NCBI GenBank assembly: GCA_949292375.1
Contig: CASEZG010000009.1
Coordinates: 4,766-68,765, forward strand
From: an uncultured Pseudomonadota bacterium
GTDB lineage: Bacteria > Pseudomonadota > Alphaproteobacteria > RF32 > CAG-239
Direction of reading: 5' to 3'
DNA: 64,000 bases
In this document: in pieces, positions 56,092 to 64,000 of the stretch
How the letters are laid out: each line of letters begins with the position of its first letter
How positions within the stretch are numbered: the first letter of the stretch is position 1
Translations under genes and position numbers: made by a program
Notes under the pieces: generated by a model
Database searches by the model: none
Seen by the model: only the letters and a program-made list of their open reading frames with translations
Told to the model about the DNA's origin: nothing

Positions 56092-57093
56092 TTAGTTATG
56101 TTTCTGCCAAGTGTTTATGACTTTTTTCATTAAGGTAGATAGAGGATAATTTTCTAACTCAGCAATATTTATAAAAATACCTTTTGTCGGAGGGGTGTTT
56201 TTGAGAAGGGTTTGGATGTTTAGGGTGAGTTTGATGTGGGTGAAAATATGTGAAATAGTTAGGTTTGTGTTGATGGCATCTTGGTATAGGTGTGTTTCGC
56301 TCCAAGGAAATTCGTATAGACCAGTCAAAAGTCCGGGTTCGGTGCGTTTGCGTATGAAAATTTGACCTTGGTCATTAAAAATAAGGTATACGAATCCGTT
56401 TTTTTCGGTTTTGCTGATTTTGGTTTTGTATGGTATCTTTTCTAAATCAGCGCAATTTTTAGATTGGCAAAATTTGTTCCAAGGGCATTGGCGGCATAAA
56501 GGATTTTTGGGCGTGCAAATTAGGGCCCCTAAGTCCATAATGGCAGAGGCATAGTCTGAGGCATGAGCGGAATCGGTTAATTCCGTTGCGAGTTCGCGGA
56601 TTTTATCGGTAATTTTGTCTGTTGGTTCCGTCAGGTGGTGTAAACGGCAAATGATGCGTGTTACGTTACCGTCAATAACCGTTTCCGCCTGATTAAAGGC
56701 CAGTGCCAGAAAGCTTGCTGCCGTGTATGGGCCGAAACCTTTGAGCTTAAGAATTTCTTGCTTGCTTTGCGGAAATTTTCCTGCGTAATTTTTCATAATT
56801 ATTTGTGCGGTGGTATGTAGTGAGCGTGCGCGAGTATAGTAGCCCAGACCTTGCCAATAAAGATAAACTTCTTCTAAGTCAGCTCGGGCTAAAGTATCAA
56901 TATCGGGAAAGCGTTGCATAAAACGTTCAAAATAAGGGATAACGGTTTTAACGGTGGTTTGTTGCAACATAAATTCTGATACCAAAATCACATAGGGATT
57001 GGGATGTGCGCCGCCTTTAACACGCCAAGGAAGTTGGCGCCCGTTGAGGTCGTACCATTTGAGAAGTAATGTTGATAAATCTGTTTTTGACAT
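56092..57093 (-). CDS. mutY: A/G-specific adenine DNA glycosylase
   Basis: LLKWYDLNGRQLPWR, an HhH-GPD region, the 4Fe-4S loop CTPKNPLCRQCPWNKFC, and a NUDIX-like C-terminus. Start taken at the ATG at 57093. Confidence 0.92.
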   Translation of the reverse strand: MSKTDLSTLLLKWYDLNGRQLPWRVKGGAHPNPYVILVSEFMLQQTTVKTVIPYFERFMQRFPDIDTLARADLEEVYLYWQGLGYYTRARSLHTTAQIIMKNYAGKFPQSKQEILKLKGFGPYTAASFLALAFNQAETVIDGNVTRIICRLHHLTEPTDKITDKIRELATELTDSAHASDYASAIMDLGALICTPKNPLCRQCPWNKFCQSKNCADLEKIPYKTKISKTEKNGFVYLIFNDQGQIFIRKRTEPGLLTGLYEFPWSETHLYQDAINTNLTISHIFTHIKLTLNIQTLLKNTPPTKGIFINIAELENYPLSTLMKKVINTWQKHN

Positions 57094-57182
57094 AAACTGA
57101 GTATAGTAAAAAATATGAAAAAGTCTATGAATAAAGAAACAGGGTTTCTGATAAATCAAAAACCCTGTTTAAGTTTGTGCAT

Positions 57183-57479
57183 TTAAGCTCTTTGTCTTTT
57201 AGATTTTTTAGGCTTGGCAAGTTTTTTCCTTTCCAGCCCCAGTATTTTACTGGTTGTTTGTCTTGTCTTTTGCCTTAGGACAGCACTTTGTTGCGACTGC
57301 CCACAGTGTCTGCGGTTCAAGGCCTCAGCTTGCGGCTGATTGTTTGTTGGCAATTTTTCTGTAGAATGTTTTTTGCCCGGTGAAGATTTTTTCCACGCAG
57401 GAACAAGTGTACAGATTGCCGGCGGAATTGTTATTCGCTCAACAAAATTAAAAAGAAAAAGAAGATTAAAAAGCTTCAT
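57183..57479 (-). CDS. doubtful ORF, basic 98-aa product
   Basis: ORF only. Low-complexity basic C-terminus and no clear RBS. Confidence 0.2.
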   Translation of the reverse strand: MKLFNLLFLFNFVERITIPPAICTLVPAWKKSSPGKKHSTEKLPTNNQPQAEALNRRHCGQSQQSAVLRQKTRQTTSKILGLERKKLAKPKKSKRQRA

Positions 57480-57687
57480 AATTTTAATAATTTTTGGTTA
57501 GACAATATAGTTAGTAATCTCAATAATATTCAAAAAGTTTTTGAATTATATGCGCTTTGTTGAGATATTCAAGAATAAATTTATGTTTATGAAAGAAGAA
57601 ATCTTTTTTTGTCTAATATATTGACAAGGAATTTGAGGATGATATTTTAAGGACAATTAAAATATTTATTCTAAAAAAATATAAATT

Positions 57688-58023
57688 ATGTGGTTTATTG
57701 CTATTTTTATTGTCTTGTGCCTAGGCATTCAGATTTATGCTTTTAGGCAAATATCAAACCTCAAAAACAGAGTTGAATATGTGAAAAAACTTTCACACAG
57801 AGTTATTGATAAGGTTGTATATGACCGAAAGGTTATAGAGCTCCAGTGTCTTTTGAGCTTTGCCTTTTTTGTGTCTTTGGGGGTAATATTTATGCATTTT
57901 TGCTTGGAAGAGAAAAATGTATGGTATTTCATTTGTGCTGCGGGATTGCTTATTGTGCAGCTTTTGTTTACGGTACTCTTGATTAAGTCAATCAAACTTT
58001 CTCAAAGAATTTCAGATTTGTGA
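57688..58023 (+). CDS. hypothetical membrane protein (111 aa)
   Basis: Three hydrophobic helices, AT-rich, followed by a strong terminator. Confidence 0.5.
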   Translation: MWFIAIFIVLCLGIQIYAFRQISNLKNRVEYVKKLSHRVIDKVVYDRKVIELQCLLSFAFFVSLGVIFMHFCLEEKNVWYFICAAGLLIVQLLFTVLLIKSIKLSQRISDL

Positions 58024-58037
58024 CAAATGATTATGAT

Positions 58038-58075
58038 AAAAACTCGTTACTTTATGAAAAGTAACGAGTTTTTTT
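58038..58075 (+). terminator. rho-independent terminator
   Basis: aaaaactcgttactt tatgaa aagtaacgagttttttt. Confidence 0.85.
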
Positions 58076-58201
58076 GTGGGCTTTAATGTTATTTATCTAT
58101 ACTAAAGTTGATTCTTTTATATTGCAGAAAGGTGTGTTGTTGCTAGACAAACTATCTATAATCTGGTGAAATAATCCATAATGAATTTTGGGGGTTGTGT
58201 A

Positions 58202-58639
58202 ATGGATATTGATGAAATAGGACTTCGACAACAAGAAATGGCGATGACTGAAGCTAATGCAATGTTAGATGCCATAACCCAGTTTGCAAAGATAACAATA
58301 CAAAGTGTTATATTGGTTAATGGAATGGCTATTGTTTCAATACTTACATTCCTTGGAAATATAACAAATAAAAATGTATTATGTTTATATGATAAGCATT
58401 TACTTTTTTATAGTATATCTGCTTTTTGTTGTGGACTGTTTTTAGGGTTGTTAGCATCTGCATTTGCATATTTAGCTCAGCAATCTTTACGAGAAGTTTA
58501 TGTGTTTCCCGAAGCAGAAGAAGAGAAGGATAAAAAAGGTGTTTTGTTTCGAAGAATAGCATTGTTTTGTGTCCTTTCTTCTACTGTATTATTTATAGTT
58601 GGGGCTTTTTATGCTCTTTATGGCATTTTAGGTGTGTAG
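58202..58639 (+). CDS. hypothetical membrane protein (~145 aa)
   Basis: Four predicted hydrophobic helices. No motif. Confidence 0.45.
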   Translation: MDIDEIGLRQQEMAMTEANAMLDAITQFAKITIQSVILVNGMAIVSILTFLGNITNKNVLCLYDKHLLFYSISAFCCGLFLGLLASAFAYLAQQSLREVYVFPEAEEEKDKKGVLFRRIALFCVLSSTVLFIVGAFYALYGILGV

Positions 58640-58697
58640 TTGGGATGTAGATTAAAAAATATTCTAAGTTATGTTTTTTTAGAAAGAATTTTTAGTA

Positions 58698-58775
58698 TGG
58701 TGTTTGGGGGAAGACTGTCCGCGACAATGCTATCGCATTGCTTGTTCCACTGCGCGGCTGGCTGAAGCCACCGGC
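58698..58775 (-). pseudogene. decayed tRNA-Leu(CAG)-derived fragment
   Basis: The minus strand retains, in order, GCCGGTGGC, CTTCAG, CAGTGGAA, AGTCTTC and CACCA. These are colinear with the intact tRNA-Leu at 58883-58968. The D-arm is missing, the T-arm is interrupted by ~25 nt, and the acceptor stem cannot pair. Confidence 0.5.
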
Positions 58776-58815
58776 ATACTCCCGTCTGCCTGCCGCTTGT
58801 AGTCAAACTTCCATC

Positions 58816-58849
58816 TGGAAGTTCGAGAAGCTTAATCTAAAAAACACCA
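58816..58849 (+). other. second tRNA-Leu 3'-end-like fragment, inverted orientation
   Basis: The plus strand reads TGGAAGTTCGAG, 17 nt, CACCA. The 12-mer is identical to the T-arm of the neighbouring tRNA-Leu but lies on the opposite strand. Confidence 0.4.
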
Positions 58850-58851
58850 TA

Positions 58852-58881
58852 AAAAAACCACCCATTAAGGGTGGATTTTTT
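58852..58881 (-). terminator. rho-independent terminator of tRNA-Leu(CAG)
   Basis: Minus strand reads aaaaaatccaccc ttaa tgggtggttttttt. Confidence 0.85.
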
Positions 58882-58882
58882 A

Positions 58883-58968
58883 TGGTGCCCTGGAGAAGAC
58901 TCGAACTTCCACTGCCTGAGGCAACATGCACCTGAAGCATGCGCGTCTACCAATTTCGCCACCAGGGC
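58883..58968 (-). tRNA. tRNA-Leu(CAG), class II, CCA encoded
   Basis: Minus strand reads GCCCTGGTGGCGAAATTGGTAGACGCGCATGCTTCAGGTGCATGTTGCCTCAGGCAGTGGAAGTTCGAGTCTTCTCCAGGGCACCA. The anticodon loop carries CAG and there is a long variable arm. Confidence 0.93.
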
Positions 58969-59015
58969 TTTGTTTCGGATATCCTTGTATCCTAATTTGC
59001 TCTAAATTGCAAGCC

Positions 59016-59840
59016 TTATTTCAAAAAATTATCAAGATAGCCATATGAATTCAGGAGCAAGTAACTTCCTAAACAAACTCGATAAATTACGAATGGTAAA
59101 AAGGTGGATTTCTTCAGCCACCACATCATTCCATAAATTGCAGTGATAGAGAAAATGAAGGAATAGGTTATGCCATCAATAGCATAGATAATTTGTTGAA
59201 AGTTTCCTTCCATATATAATTCCCAGCCAACTAAAAGTCCGGCGGCGGCAATGGTCGGAATAGAGAGTAACATCGCAAATTTTGCTGCTTCTCTGCGTTC
59301 CATTCCCAAAAAACGTCCCATGGTGATGGTAATGCCGGAACGGCTTGTTCCCGGAATGAGTGCTAAACATTGCGCCAAACCAATCAGTAATGCATCTAAG
59401 GCACCTAAGTGTTCAACTTTGCGGATTGTCATTCCTAATCTGTCAGCTATGAACAAGACAATGCCGAATCCTAAAATTGTCCAACCAACGATGCGGCTGT
59501 CTCGTAGCCACTCCATGCCGTAGGTTTTTAAGGCTAAGCCGGCAATGACGGCTGGAATGGTGCCGATTACAATCAGCCAGAAAAGTTTGGCTCCGGCGTT
59601 TTTGAAGTTAGGAATAAACCAGGTTTTGAATACACCTTTTATCATAACCCAAATTTCTTCGGAGAAATATATCATTACCGCAATGATGGAACCAACATGC
59701 ATCGCTACATCTAAGGCTAAACCTTGATCCGGAAAAGATGTGAATTTGGAAAATAAAATAAGGTGTCCGGAAGAACTTACCGGTAAAAACTCTGTCAGTC
59801 CTTGTAGTGCTGACAAAAGCAGAAGCTGGATATTCGTCAC
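59016..59840 (-). CDS. uppP: undecaprenyl-diphosphate phosphatase
   Basis: TEFLPVSSSGH, PGTSRSG. Eight-TM BacA family. Confidence 0.93.
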   Translation of the reverse strand: MTNIQLLLLSALQGLTEFLPVSSSGHLILFSKFTSFPDQGLALDVAMHVGSIIAVMIYFSEEIWVMIKGVFKTWFIPNFKNAGAKLFWLIVIGTIPAVIAGLALKTYGMEWLRDSRIVGWTILGFGIVLFIADRLGMTIRKVEHLGALDALLIGLAQCLALIPGTSRSGITITMGRFLGMERREAAKFAMLLSIPTIAAAGLLVGWELYMEGNFQQIIYAIDGITYSFIFSITAIYGMMWWLKKSTFLPFVIYRVCLGSYLLLNSYGYLDNFLK

Positions 59841-59843
59841 TTT

Positions 59844-60266
59844 TTATACTCTTTCTTGTTTGATGCCAAATGCGTTTAGAATTCTTTTTTTGAGAGCTAA
59901 GGGAGAAATGGGTTTAACCAGATATTCCTGAATGCCTAAGTCGCGAGCATCTAAAACGGTTTTTTCTTTGGTGTCAACGGTAATCATGATTATGGGCATA
60001 TTTTTTAGATGCGGATTGTTGCTGTTTTTTAGATCTCTGGCAAGCTCTAGTCCGGTTTTGTCCGGCATTTGTTGGTCTAATAATATGATGTCTATTTTAA
60101 AATTGTTTAATATTTCAACGGCTTCGTTGGCAGAGGCCGCTTCTCTTGTGTTTTTCATGCCGATTTGGTATAAAGCTGTTTTGGTAAACGTCCTTGAAAA
60201 CTTGTCATCATCTACCACCAGACAGCTCAATGTGTCCCAAGCTAACTGTTTGTGTGCGTTCTCCAT
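59844..60266 (-). CDS. single-domain response regulator (CheY-like receiver)
   Basis: VVDDD, ILLDQQMPDKTG, ITVDT, LVKP. No output domain. Confidence 0.85.
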   Translation of the reverse strand: MENAHKQLAWDTLSCLVVDDDKFSRTFTKTALYQIGMKNTREAASANEAVEILNNFKIDIILLDQQMPDKTGLELARDLKNSNNPHLKNMPIIMITVDTKEKTVLDARDLGIQEYLVKPISPLALKKRILNAFGIKQERV

Positions 60267-60315
60267 GATTACCTCTTTCTCCGCTTTGTATTTTGTATCA
60301 GTCTATAATAATTGT

Positions 60316-61152
60316 TTATAAATTAAAACAAAAATCAGCATTATTCATATGTAATAGTGATGTCGGTAAGAATCTGGTGCCGTTTAAGGTGGCTCCCCAG
60401 TGTAGGTGAGCACCTGTAACGCGTCCGGTTTTTCCTACTTTACCAATTATTTGTCCTTGCTTGACATAATCTCCGACTTTAACATCTGCACTTTTTAGGT
60501 GAGCATAAATCGTATAAAGCTGGTGCCCGTGGTCGATAACGATTGTATTTCCTGTATAAAAATAATTGCCGCCGCTCATTCTTACAATGCCGTTTGAGGA
60601 TGCCTTTACGGGCGTTCCTTCTGGTGCTGCGATATCTAGCCCCTGATGCGGGTTCATCTTCTTGCCGTTCATAATTCTTTGTCCGCCGAATTTTCCGCTG
60701 ATGCGTCCTTCAACAGGCATGATGAAGCCTTTTTCCCAATAATTCTTGTCGGTTTTATAAGCCAGAGCATTTTTTAGGTCGCTTCTTTCTCTGGTGATTT
60801 CTTTTTGGTCTTTTTCCGAAGGGGTTACTTTCTTTTGCGGAATACCTTTGATGTTTTGGATATCCCATTTTGTTGGCATAATTGTAAAATTATAATCTTG
60901 TTTGCCTTTTTTTTCTGAAATTGTTGTTAATTTTTGTTCTTTTTGCGCATCGCGCCCGAAGGCTATCAGAAAATTTCCGGAAGGCGAAACCATATATTCC
61001 TGATTGTTAAACAATATTTCGCTAACACCGGGGGCGTAGCCTTTCAGAATTTCGCCTTGCGCTTTTTTGCCGCAGAGCTCAATTGCCTGTGCTTGAATCG
61101 GCAGAAGAGCTGCCGCTAAAAAAGTCAAACAAATCGCCTTGTAATGAGTCAT
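60316..61152 (-). CDS. M23-family metallopeptidase
   Basis: Signal peptide. [24 protein letters not shown] (LytM-type HxxxD/HxH motifs). Confidence 0.9.
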   Translation of the reverse strand: MTHYKAICLTFLAAALLPIQAQAIELCGKKAQGEILKGYAPGVSEILFNNQEYMVSPSGNFLIAFGRDAQKEQKLTTISEKKGKQDYNFTIMPTKWDIQNIKGIPQKKVTPSEKDQKEITRERSDLKNALAYKTDKNYWEKGFIMPVEGRISGKFGGQRIMNGKKMNPHQGLDIAAPEGTPVKASSNGIVRMSGGNYFYTGNTIVIDHGHQLYTIYAHLKSADVKVGDYVKQGQIIGKVGKTGRVTGAHLHWGATLNGTRFLPTSLLHMNNADFCFNL

Positions 61153-62452
61153 TTTTCTTTTTATCCGTTTTGGTCTTTATGCTTCCATCAATAAATTTAA
61201 TTTCAAGTGTCGGACTTTGTTTTGCTTGAGCTACGGAATAAACTGTTTTTTGGCGATTGTCCTTTACCCAAGCAAAGCCACGACTTAAAACCGAATCAAT
61301 TGAAACTGACTCAAGTCTAAGAGCCAAATTCTTTAAATTTTCTTGCTTTTTTTCAAAAATATTCAAAATATGATAAGGTTTTAGGCTGATTTGGGCAATT
61401 TGGTTTTGTTTGTTGCGAAGCATATTCTTGAAAGCAAGCTCTAGACGTTCTGCTCGGTCATCGAATTTTTGGCGGCTTTCCGCTAAGATTTGTTCTAAAT
61501 TCGGAATGCCGCGGCTTAGACCTTCCAAGCGGCTGCGACGTTCTTCAAAATAGCGATTGATGCTGTTTGCCAAGCGACTTTGCGCAGTTTGGAGCGTTGC
61601 TGAAATTTCGGCTTTAACCGGAACGGCAAATTCGGCGGCACCGGTCGGGGTGGGGGCGCGTAGGTCTGAAACATAGTCTATCAGCATCGTATCTGTTTCA
61701 TGACCAACAGCTGAAATGAGCGGAATTTCCGAATCATAAACAGCGCGGATAACAATTTCCTCATTGAAAGGCCACAAATCTTCCAGACTTCCGCCACCTC
61801 GGGCAACGATTAAGACATCGGGTCTTGGAATCGTTCCGCCTTTAGCTAGATTATTAAATCCTTTAATTGCGGCGGCGATTTTGTCGGCAGCGCCTTCGCC
61901 TTGTACCGGTGTCGGCCAAACAATAATGCGGCTCGGAAAACGGTCGCGAACACGGTGGATGATATCTCTGATAACTGCGCCGCTTGCTGAAGTTACGACG
62001 CCGATAACATCCGGCAGAAAAGGAATTTGCTTTTTATGAGCTTGGTCAAACAAGCCTTCGGCGGCAAATTTTTGTTTGCGTTCTTCTAATAATTTGAGCA
62101 AAGCACCGGTGCCAGCTATCTCCATTTGCTCAATAACCAACTGGTAAGAAGATTTTCCGGCAAAGGTGGTTATTTTTCCCGTGGCAATAACTTCTAAGCC
62201 ATCTTCGGGTTTAAAAGTGAATTTTGAGGCAACGCCTTTCCAAACAACGGCGGATAAAACCGCATTCGGGTCTTTTAGGGATAAATACCAATGTCCGGAA
62301 TCGGCCTTTTTGGCACCAAAAATCTCACCGCGAATCCGCACACGGCTAAAAGTGGTTTCCACGCATTTTTTTATCTCAAACGAAATCTCACTGACCGTAT
62401 ATTCAGGCAGTTTGGGTGTTTGGGATTGCATTAGGTTTAATAAATCTTCCAT
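61079..62452 (-). CDS. xseA: exodeoxyribonuclease VII large subunit
   Basis: N-terminal OB fold (RVRIRGEI...GHWYLSLKD), catalytic core ([10 protein letters not shown]), helical C-terminus. The 3' end overlaps the M23 gene start by 74 nt. Confidence 0.92.
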   Translation of the reverse strand: MEDLLNLMQSQTPKLPEYTVSEISFEIKKCVETTFSRVRIRGEIFGAKKADSGHWYLSLKDPNAVLSAVVWKGVASKFTFKPEDGLEVIATGKITTFAGKSSYQLVIEQMEIAGTGALLKLLEERKQKFAAEGLFDQAHKKQIPFLPDVIGVVTSASGAVIRDIIHRVRDRFPSRIIVWPTPVQGEGAADKIAAAIKGFNNLAKGGTIPRPDVLIVARGGGSLEDLWPFNEEIVIRAVYDSEIPLISAVGHETDTMLIDYVSDLRAPTPTGAAEFAVPVKAEISATLQTAQSRLANSINRYFEERRSRLEGLSRGIPNLEQILAESRQKFDDRAERLELAFKNMLRNKQNQIAQISLKPYHILNIFEKKQENLKNLALRLESVSIDSVLSRGFAWVKDNRQKTVYSVAQAKQSPTLEIKFIDGSIKTKTDKKKNDSLQGDLFDFFSGSSSADSSTGN

Positions 62453-62553
62453 TTTCTTATCCTTAAAACTTGGTGCTATTATAAAAGTGAATATTTTCTT
62501 TGTTAAGGGCAGATTTTTTGTGATGTGAAAAATTTTGATTTTATATTTAATTC

Positions 62554-62582
62554 TTGACTTTTACATAAATATTTATATATAT
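62554..62582 (+). promoter_or_regulatory. candidate sigma70-type promoter
   Basis: TTGACT, 16-17 nt spacer, TATATA. The -10 element overlaps the left arm of the palindrome. Confidence 0.45.
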
Positions 62583-62609
62583 TATCGCCTATCGATAGGC
62601 GATAATATA
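62578..62609. promoter_or_regulatory. 32-bp perfect palindrome (candidate operator)
   Basis: TATATTATCGCCTATC|GATAGGCGATAATATA. All 16 positions pair, centred on ATCGAT. Confidence 0.7.
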
Positions 62610-62625
62610 AGGTGAAATAAATAGG

Positions 62626-62690
62626 TAATTTGCCTCTCTTATTGCTAAATTGATAATTTGCATCTCTTATTGCTAGTTTGCCGCTCTTTA
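62626..62690 (+). repeat. iterated direct repeats (2 full copies plus 1 degenerate)
   Basis: taatttgcctctcttattgcta (62626-62647), taatttgcatctcttattgcta (62654-62675), and degenerate agtttgccgctcttta (62675-62690). Confidence 0.75.
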
Positions 62691-62714
62691 AGCTTTTTGA
62701 AAAAAGGTAAAAAA

Positions 62715-63023
62715 ATGAAAACAGAAGTTGTTGCCAATCAAGGTGTTGTCGAAATGAAGCGACTTTGTGCTAAAAATGGTATTTCTCCTATGGAATTATC
62801 ACATTATTTGAATGTTACTTGGACCAGAATTTATGAAATTATTTCCGGTAAACGTCGGATTACGCCGGAAACGGATATCCTTCTTTGTCATTTTTTTGAA
62901 GTTAAGCAGGGATATTTTGCCAAATTGCAACTGGAATATGATTTGATTTTGGCTGAGCGTTCATTACAACACAAACTGAAAAAAATTCCTATTCTTCAAG
63001 ATACGGTGAAGGCTAAAAGATAA
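62715..63023 (+). CDS. HigA-like XRE-family HTH protein (antitoxin-type)
   Basis: ISPMELSHYLNVTWTRIYEIISGKRRITPETDILLCHFFE matches the HigA/VapI HTH pattern. The ATG at 62715 is preferred because the TTG-extended ORF runs through the upstream repeats. Confidence 0.7.
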   Translation: MKTEVVANQGVVEMKRLCAKNGISPMELSHYLNVTWTRIYEIISGKRRITPETDILLCHFFEVKQGYFAKLQLEYDLILAERSLQHKLKKIPILQDTVKAKR

Positions 63024-63103
63024 AATTTTCTTGCGCTATATATTTTTTTAGCTAAATTAAAAAGACAATGTTTTATTTATTATTCACTTAAAACTATTAT
63101 ATT

Positions 63104-63679
63104 ATGACAAATGAAGAAAGATTGTGCAAAATTAATTTACTCAAAGATTTTTGCATACAGCATTGCATTAATGAAGATGAGTTGTATGAACTATTTTCTC
63201 AAATGGAAATAATTAAAGAAGGTTCGCCGTTAGATATCTATTATGAAGACGGTGAAATCTCTCGTCGGATAGATTTGGCTAAAAATCCTATTGCTTTTCG
63301 TATTAGTTCCGTGTGCAAATCTCCGCTATGTAAGGAGAGAGAGCTTTGGGTATTGGCTCGGGTGTTAAAAAACGCAAATTTTGAGCAAGTGCAAGCTTTT
63401 ATCAAGACTCTTCCTAAAATTTCATCCTATTCATGGCGTGTTCCTGAAGAGAGGGAACTGACCTATGTGTTAGATGCCAAAAGACATCTTAAGGATTTGG
63501 AGAAATTGCGATATGTTTTTTCGCTTCCTACTTTTATTGATGATGAGCGAGATTGTTTAACTTGTTTGGGCAAATTAGACCGGCTTGAATCTGTGATGTA
63601 TTATTATCCCGATTTTATGATAGAAGGGATTAATCCTAAAGAGAAGCTTAGTTGGTTGTTGGTCTGCGATGCTGATTAA
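63104..63679 (+). CDS. hypothetical protein (191 aa), Cys pairs
   Basis: ORF only. Cys pairs CKINLLKDFCIQHC, CKSPLC, CLTC. SYSWRVPEEREL is faintly DUF1566-like (WRLPtxxEL). Confidence 0.5.
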   Translation: MTNEERLCKINLLKDFCIQHCINEDELYELFSQMEIIKEGSPLDIYYEDGEISRRIDLAKNPIAFRISSVCKSPLCKERELWVLARVLKNANFEQVQAFIKTLPKISSYSWRVPEERELTYVLDAKRHLKDLEKLRYVFSLPTFIDDERDCLTCLGKLDRLESVMYYYPDFMIEGINPKEKLSWLLVCDAD

Positions 63680-63683
63680 GTTG

Positions 63684-63720
63684 AAAAAAAGCCTGTTCTT
63701 TTTTTGAGAACAGGCTTTTG
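63684..63720. terminator. bidirectional rho-independent terminator
   Basis: aaaaaaagcctgttct ttttttg agaacaggctttt between convergent genes. Confidence 0.85.
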
Positions 63721-63721
63721 C

Positions 63722-64000
63722 TTATTCTAATTCCATTATGCTATTGGCAAAATCATGAGCTTTAAATTTATCCAAATCATCAATACCTTCGCCGATGCCG
63801 ATAAAGTGAATCGGGGTAGGTTGTTCTTCTGCTACGGCGACCAAGATGCCGCCTTTGGCCGTGCCGTCAAGTTTGGTGATAATCAGCCCCGAAACATCTA
63901 CCATTTCTTTGAAAGTCTGAACTTGCGCCAAAGCGTTTTGTCCCGTGGTGGCATCAATCGTTAATAAAGTGGCGTGCGGGGCTTCGGGGATGACTTTTTT
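63722..64000 (-). CDS. ftsY: signal recognition particle receptor FtsY, C-terminal part (5' end outside window)
   Basis: Frame is open to the window end. ...IDATTGQNALAQVQTFKEMVDVSGLIITKLDGTAKGG (TAKGG is FtsY-type; Ffh has DARGG). Confidence 0.9.
   Translation of the reverse strand, partial: KKVIPEAPHATLLTIDATTGQNALAQVQTFKEMVDVSGLIITKLDGTAKGGILVAVAEEQPTPIHFIGIGEGIDDLDKFKAHDFANSIMELE

Noticed and set aside
58698-58850. The GC-rich ~150-nt segment with paired ends (GGTGTTT...AAACACC), considered as SRP (4.5S) RNA, tmRNA or another structured ncRNA.
   Set aside because: It lacks the GGAAGCAGCC-type SRP domain IV core. It has no plausible tmRNA tag frame ending in (A/V)AA followed by a stop, and it is too short for tmRNA. 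The colinear matches to the neighbouring tRNA-Leu explain it better. A conserved ncRNA is not formally excluded.
61079-61152. 74-nt overlap between the xseA 3' end and the M23 peptidase 5' end, considered as a possible frameshift or fusion.
   Set aside because: Both proteins look complete (the xseA helical tail and the M23 signal peptide), and the overlap lies in low-complexity tail sequence. An alternative downstream start for the peptidase cannot be excluded, but nothing suggests a lesion.
62658-62714. TTG-initiated 19-codon N-terminal extension of the HigA-like ORF.
   Set aside because: The extension runs through the iterated repeats and encodes a hydrophobic or basic leader atypical of XRE proteins. 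The ATG at 62715 follows an A/G-rich stretch.

Overview
The window reads as a chromosomal segment of a low-to-moderate-GC, alphaproteobacterium-like genome. The taxonomic guess rests on pal-cpoB-tilS-ftsH-glmM synteny, a short alpha-type Psd, DUF465 proteins, MotE and a fliL-fliM cluster. Most of it is core housekeeping: ppdK (5' truncated), the tol-pal tail, tilS, ftsH, glmM, uvrC, pgsA, an OmpR/EnvZ-like pair, rplU-rpmA-obg-rsfS, rlmH, pssA-psd, two tRNA-Leu genes, nrdDG, uvrB, PiT with its DUF47 partner, a DsbA-like protein, pfkA, rpsU, mutY, uppP, xseA and ftsY (3' truncated). No transposase, integrase, CRISPR array or rRNA was seen.

Several small accessory islets and oddities sit between the core genes:
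- nrdD has its Zn-ribbon and glycyl-radical segments in two other reading frames. The radical segment forms a separate 68-codon ORF with its own RBS.
- A ~1020-aa protein carries a prepilin/TadE-like N-terminus and has a Cys-rich membrane-anchored neighbour, with no pilus machinery nearby.
- An orphan VirB8-family gene lies divergent from a TolC-like lipoprotein that carries a cadherin-like C-terminal domain.
- A four-gene block after ppdK holds a C39-like cysteine peptidase and two translationally coupled paralogs of unknown family.
- Three opposite-strand genes split the normally adjacent rsfS-rlmH pair.
- A zeta-toxin-like kinase and a DUF218-like protein lie next to tRNA-Leu(UAA).
- There is a CoaD-HD fusion.
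- An acidic protein contains nine near-identical 57-bp repeats.
- An intergenic repeat family occurs at three gene 3' ends.
- Decayed tRNA-Leu fragments lie beside tRNA-Leu(CAG).
- A 32-bp perfect palindrome plus iterated repeats precede a HigA-like gene.

All functional calls come from motif recognition by eye. No database search was run.
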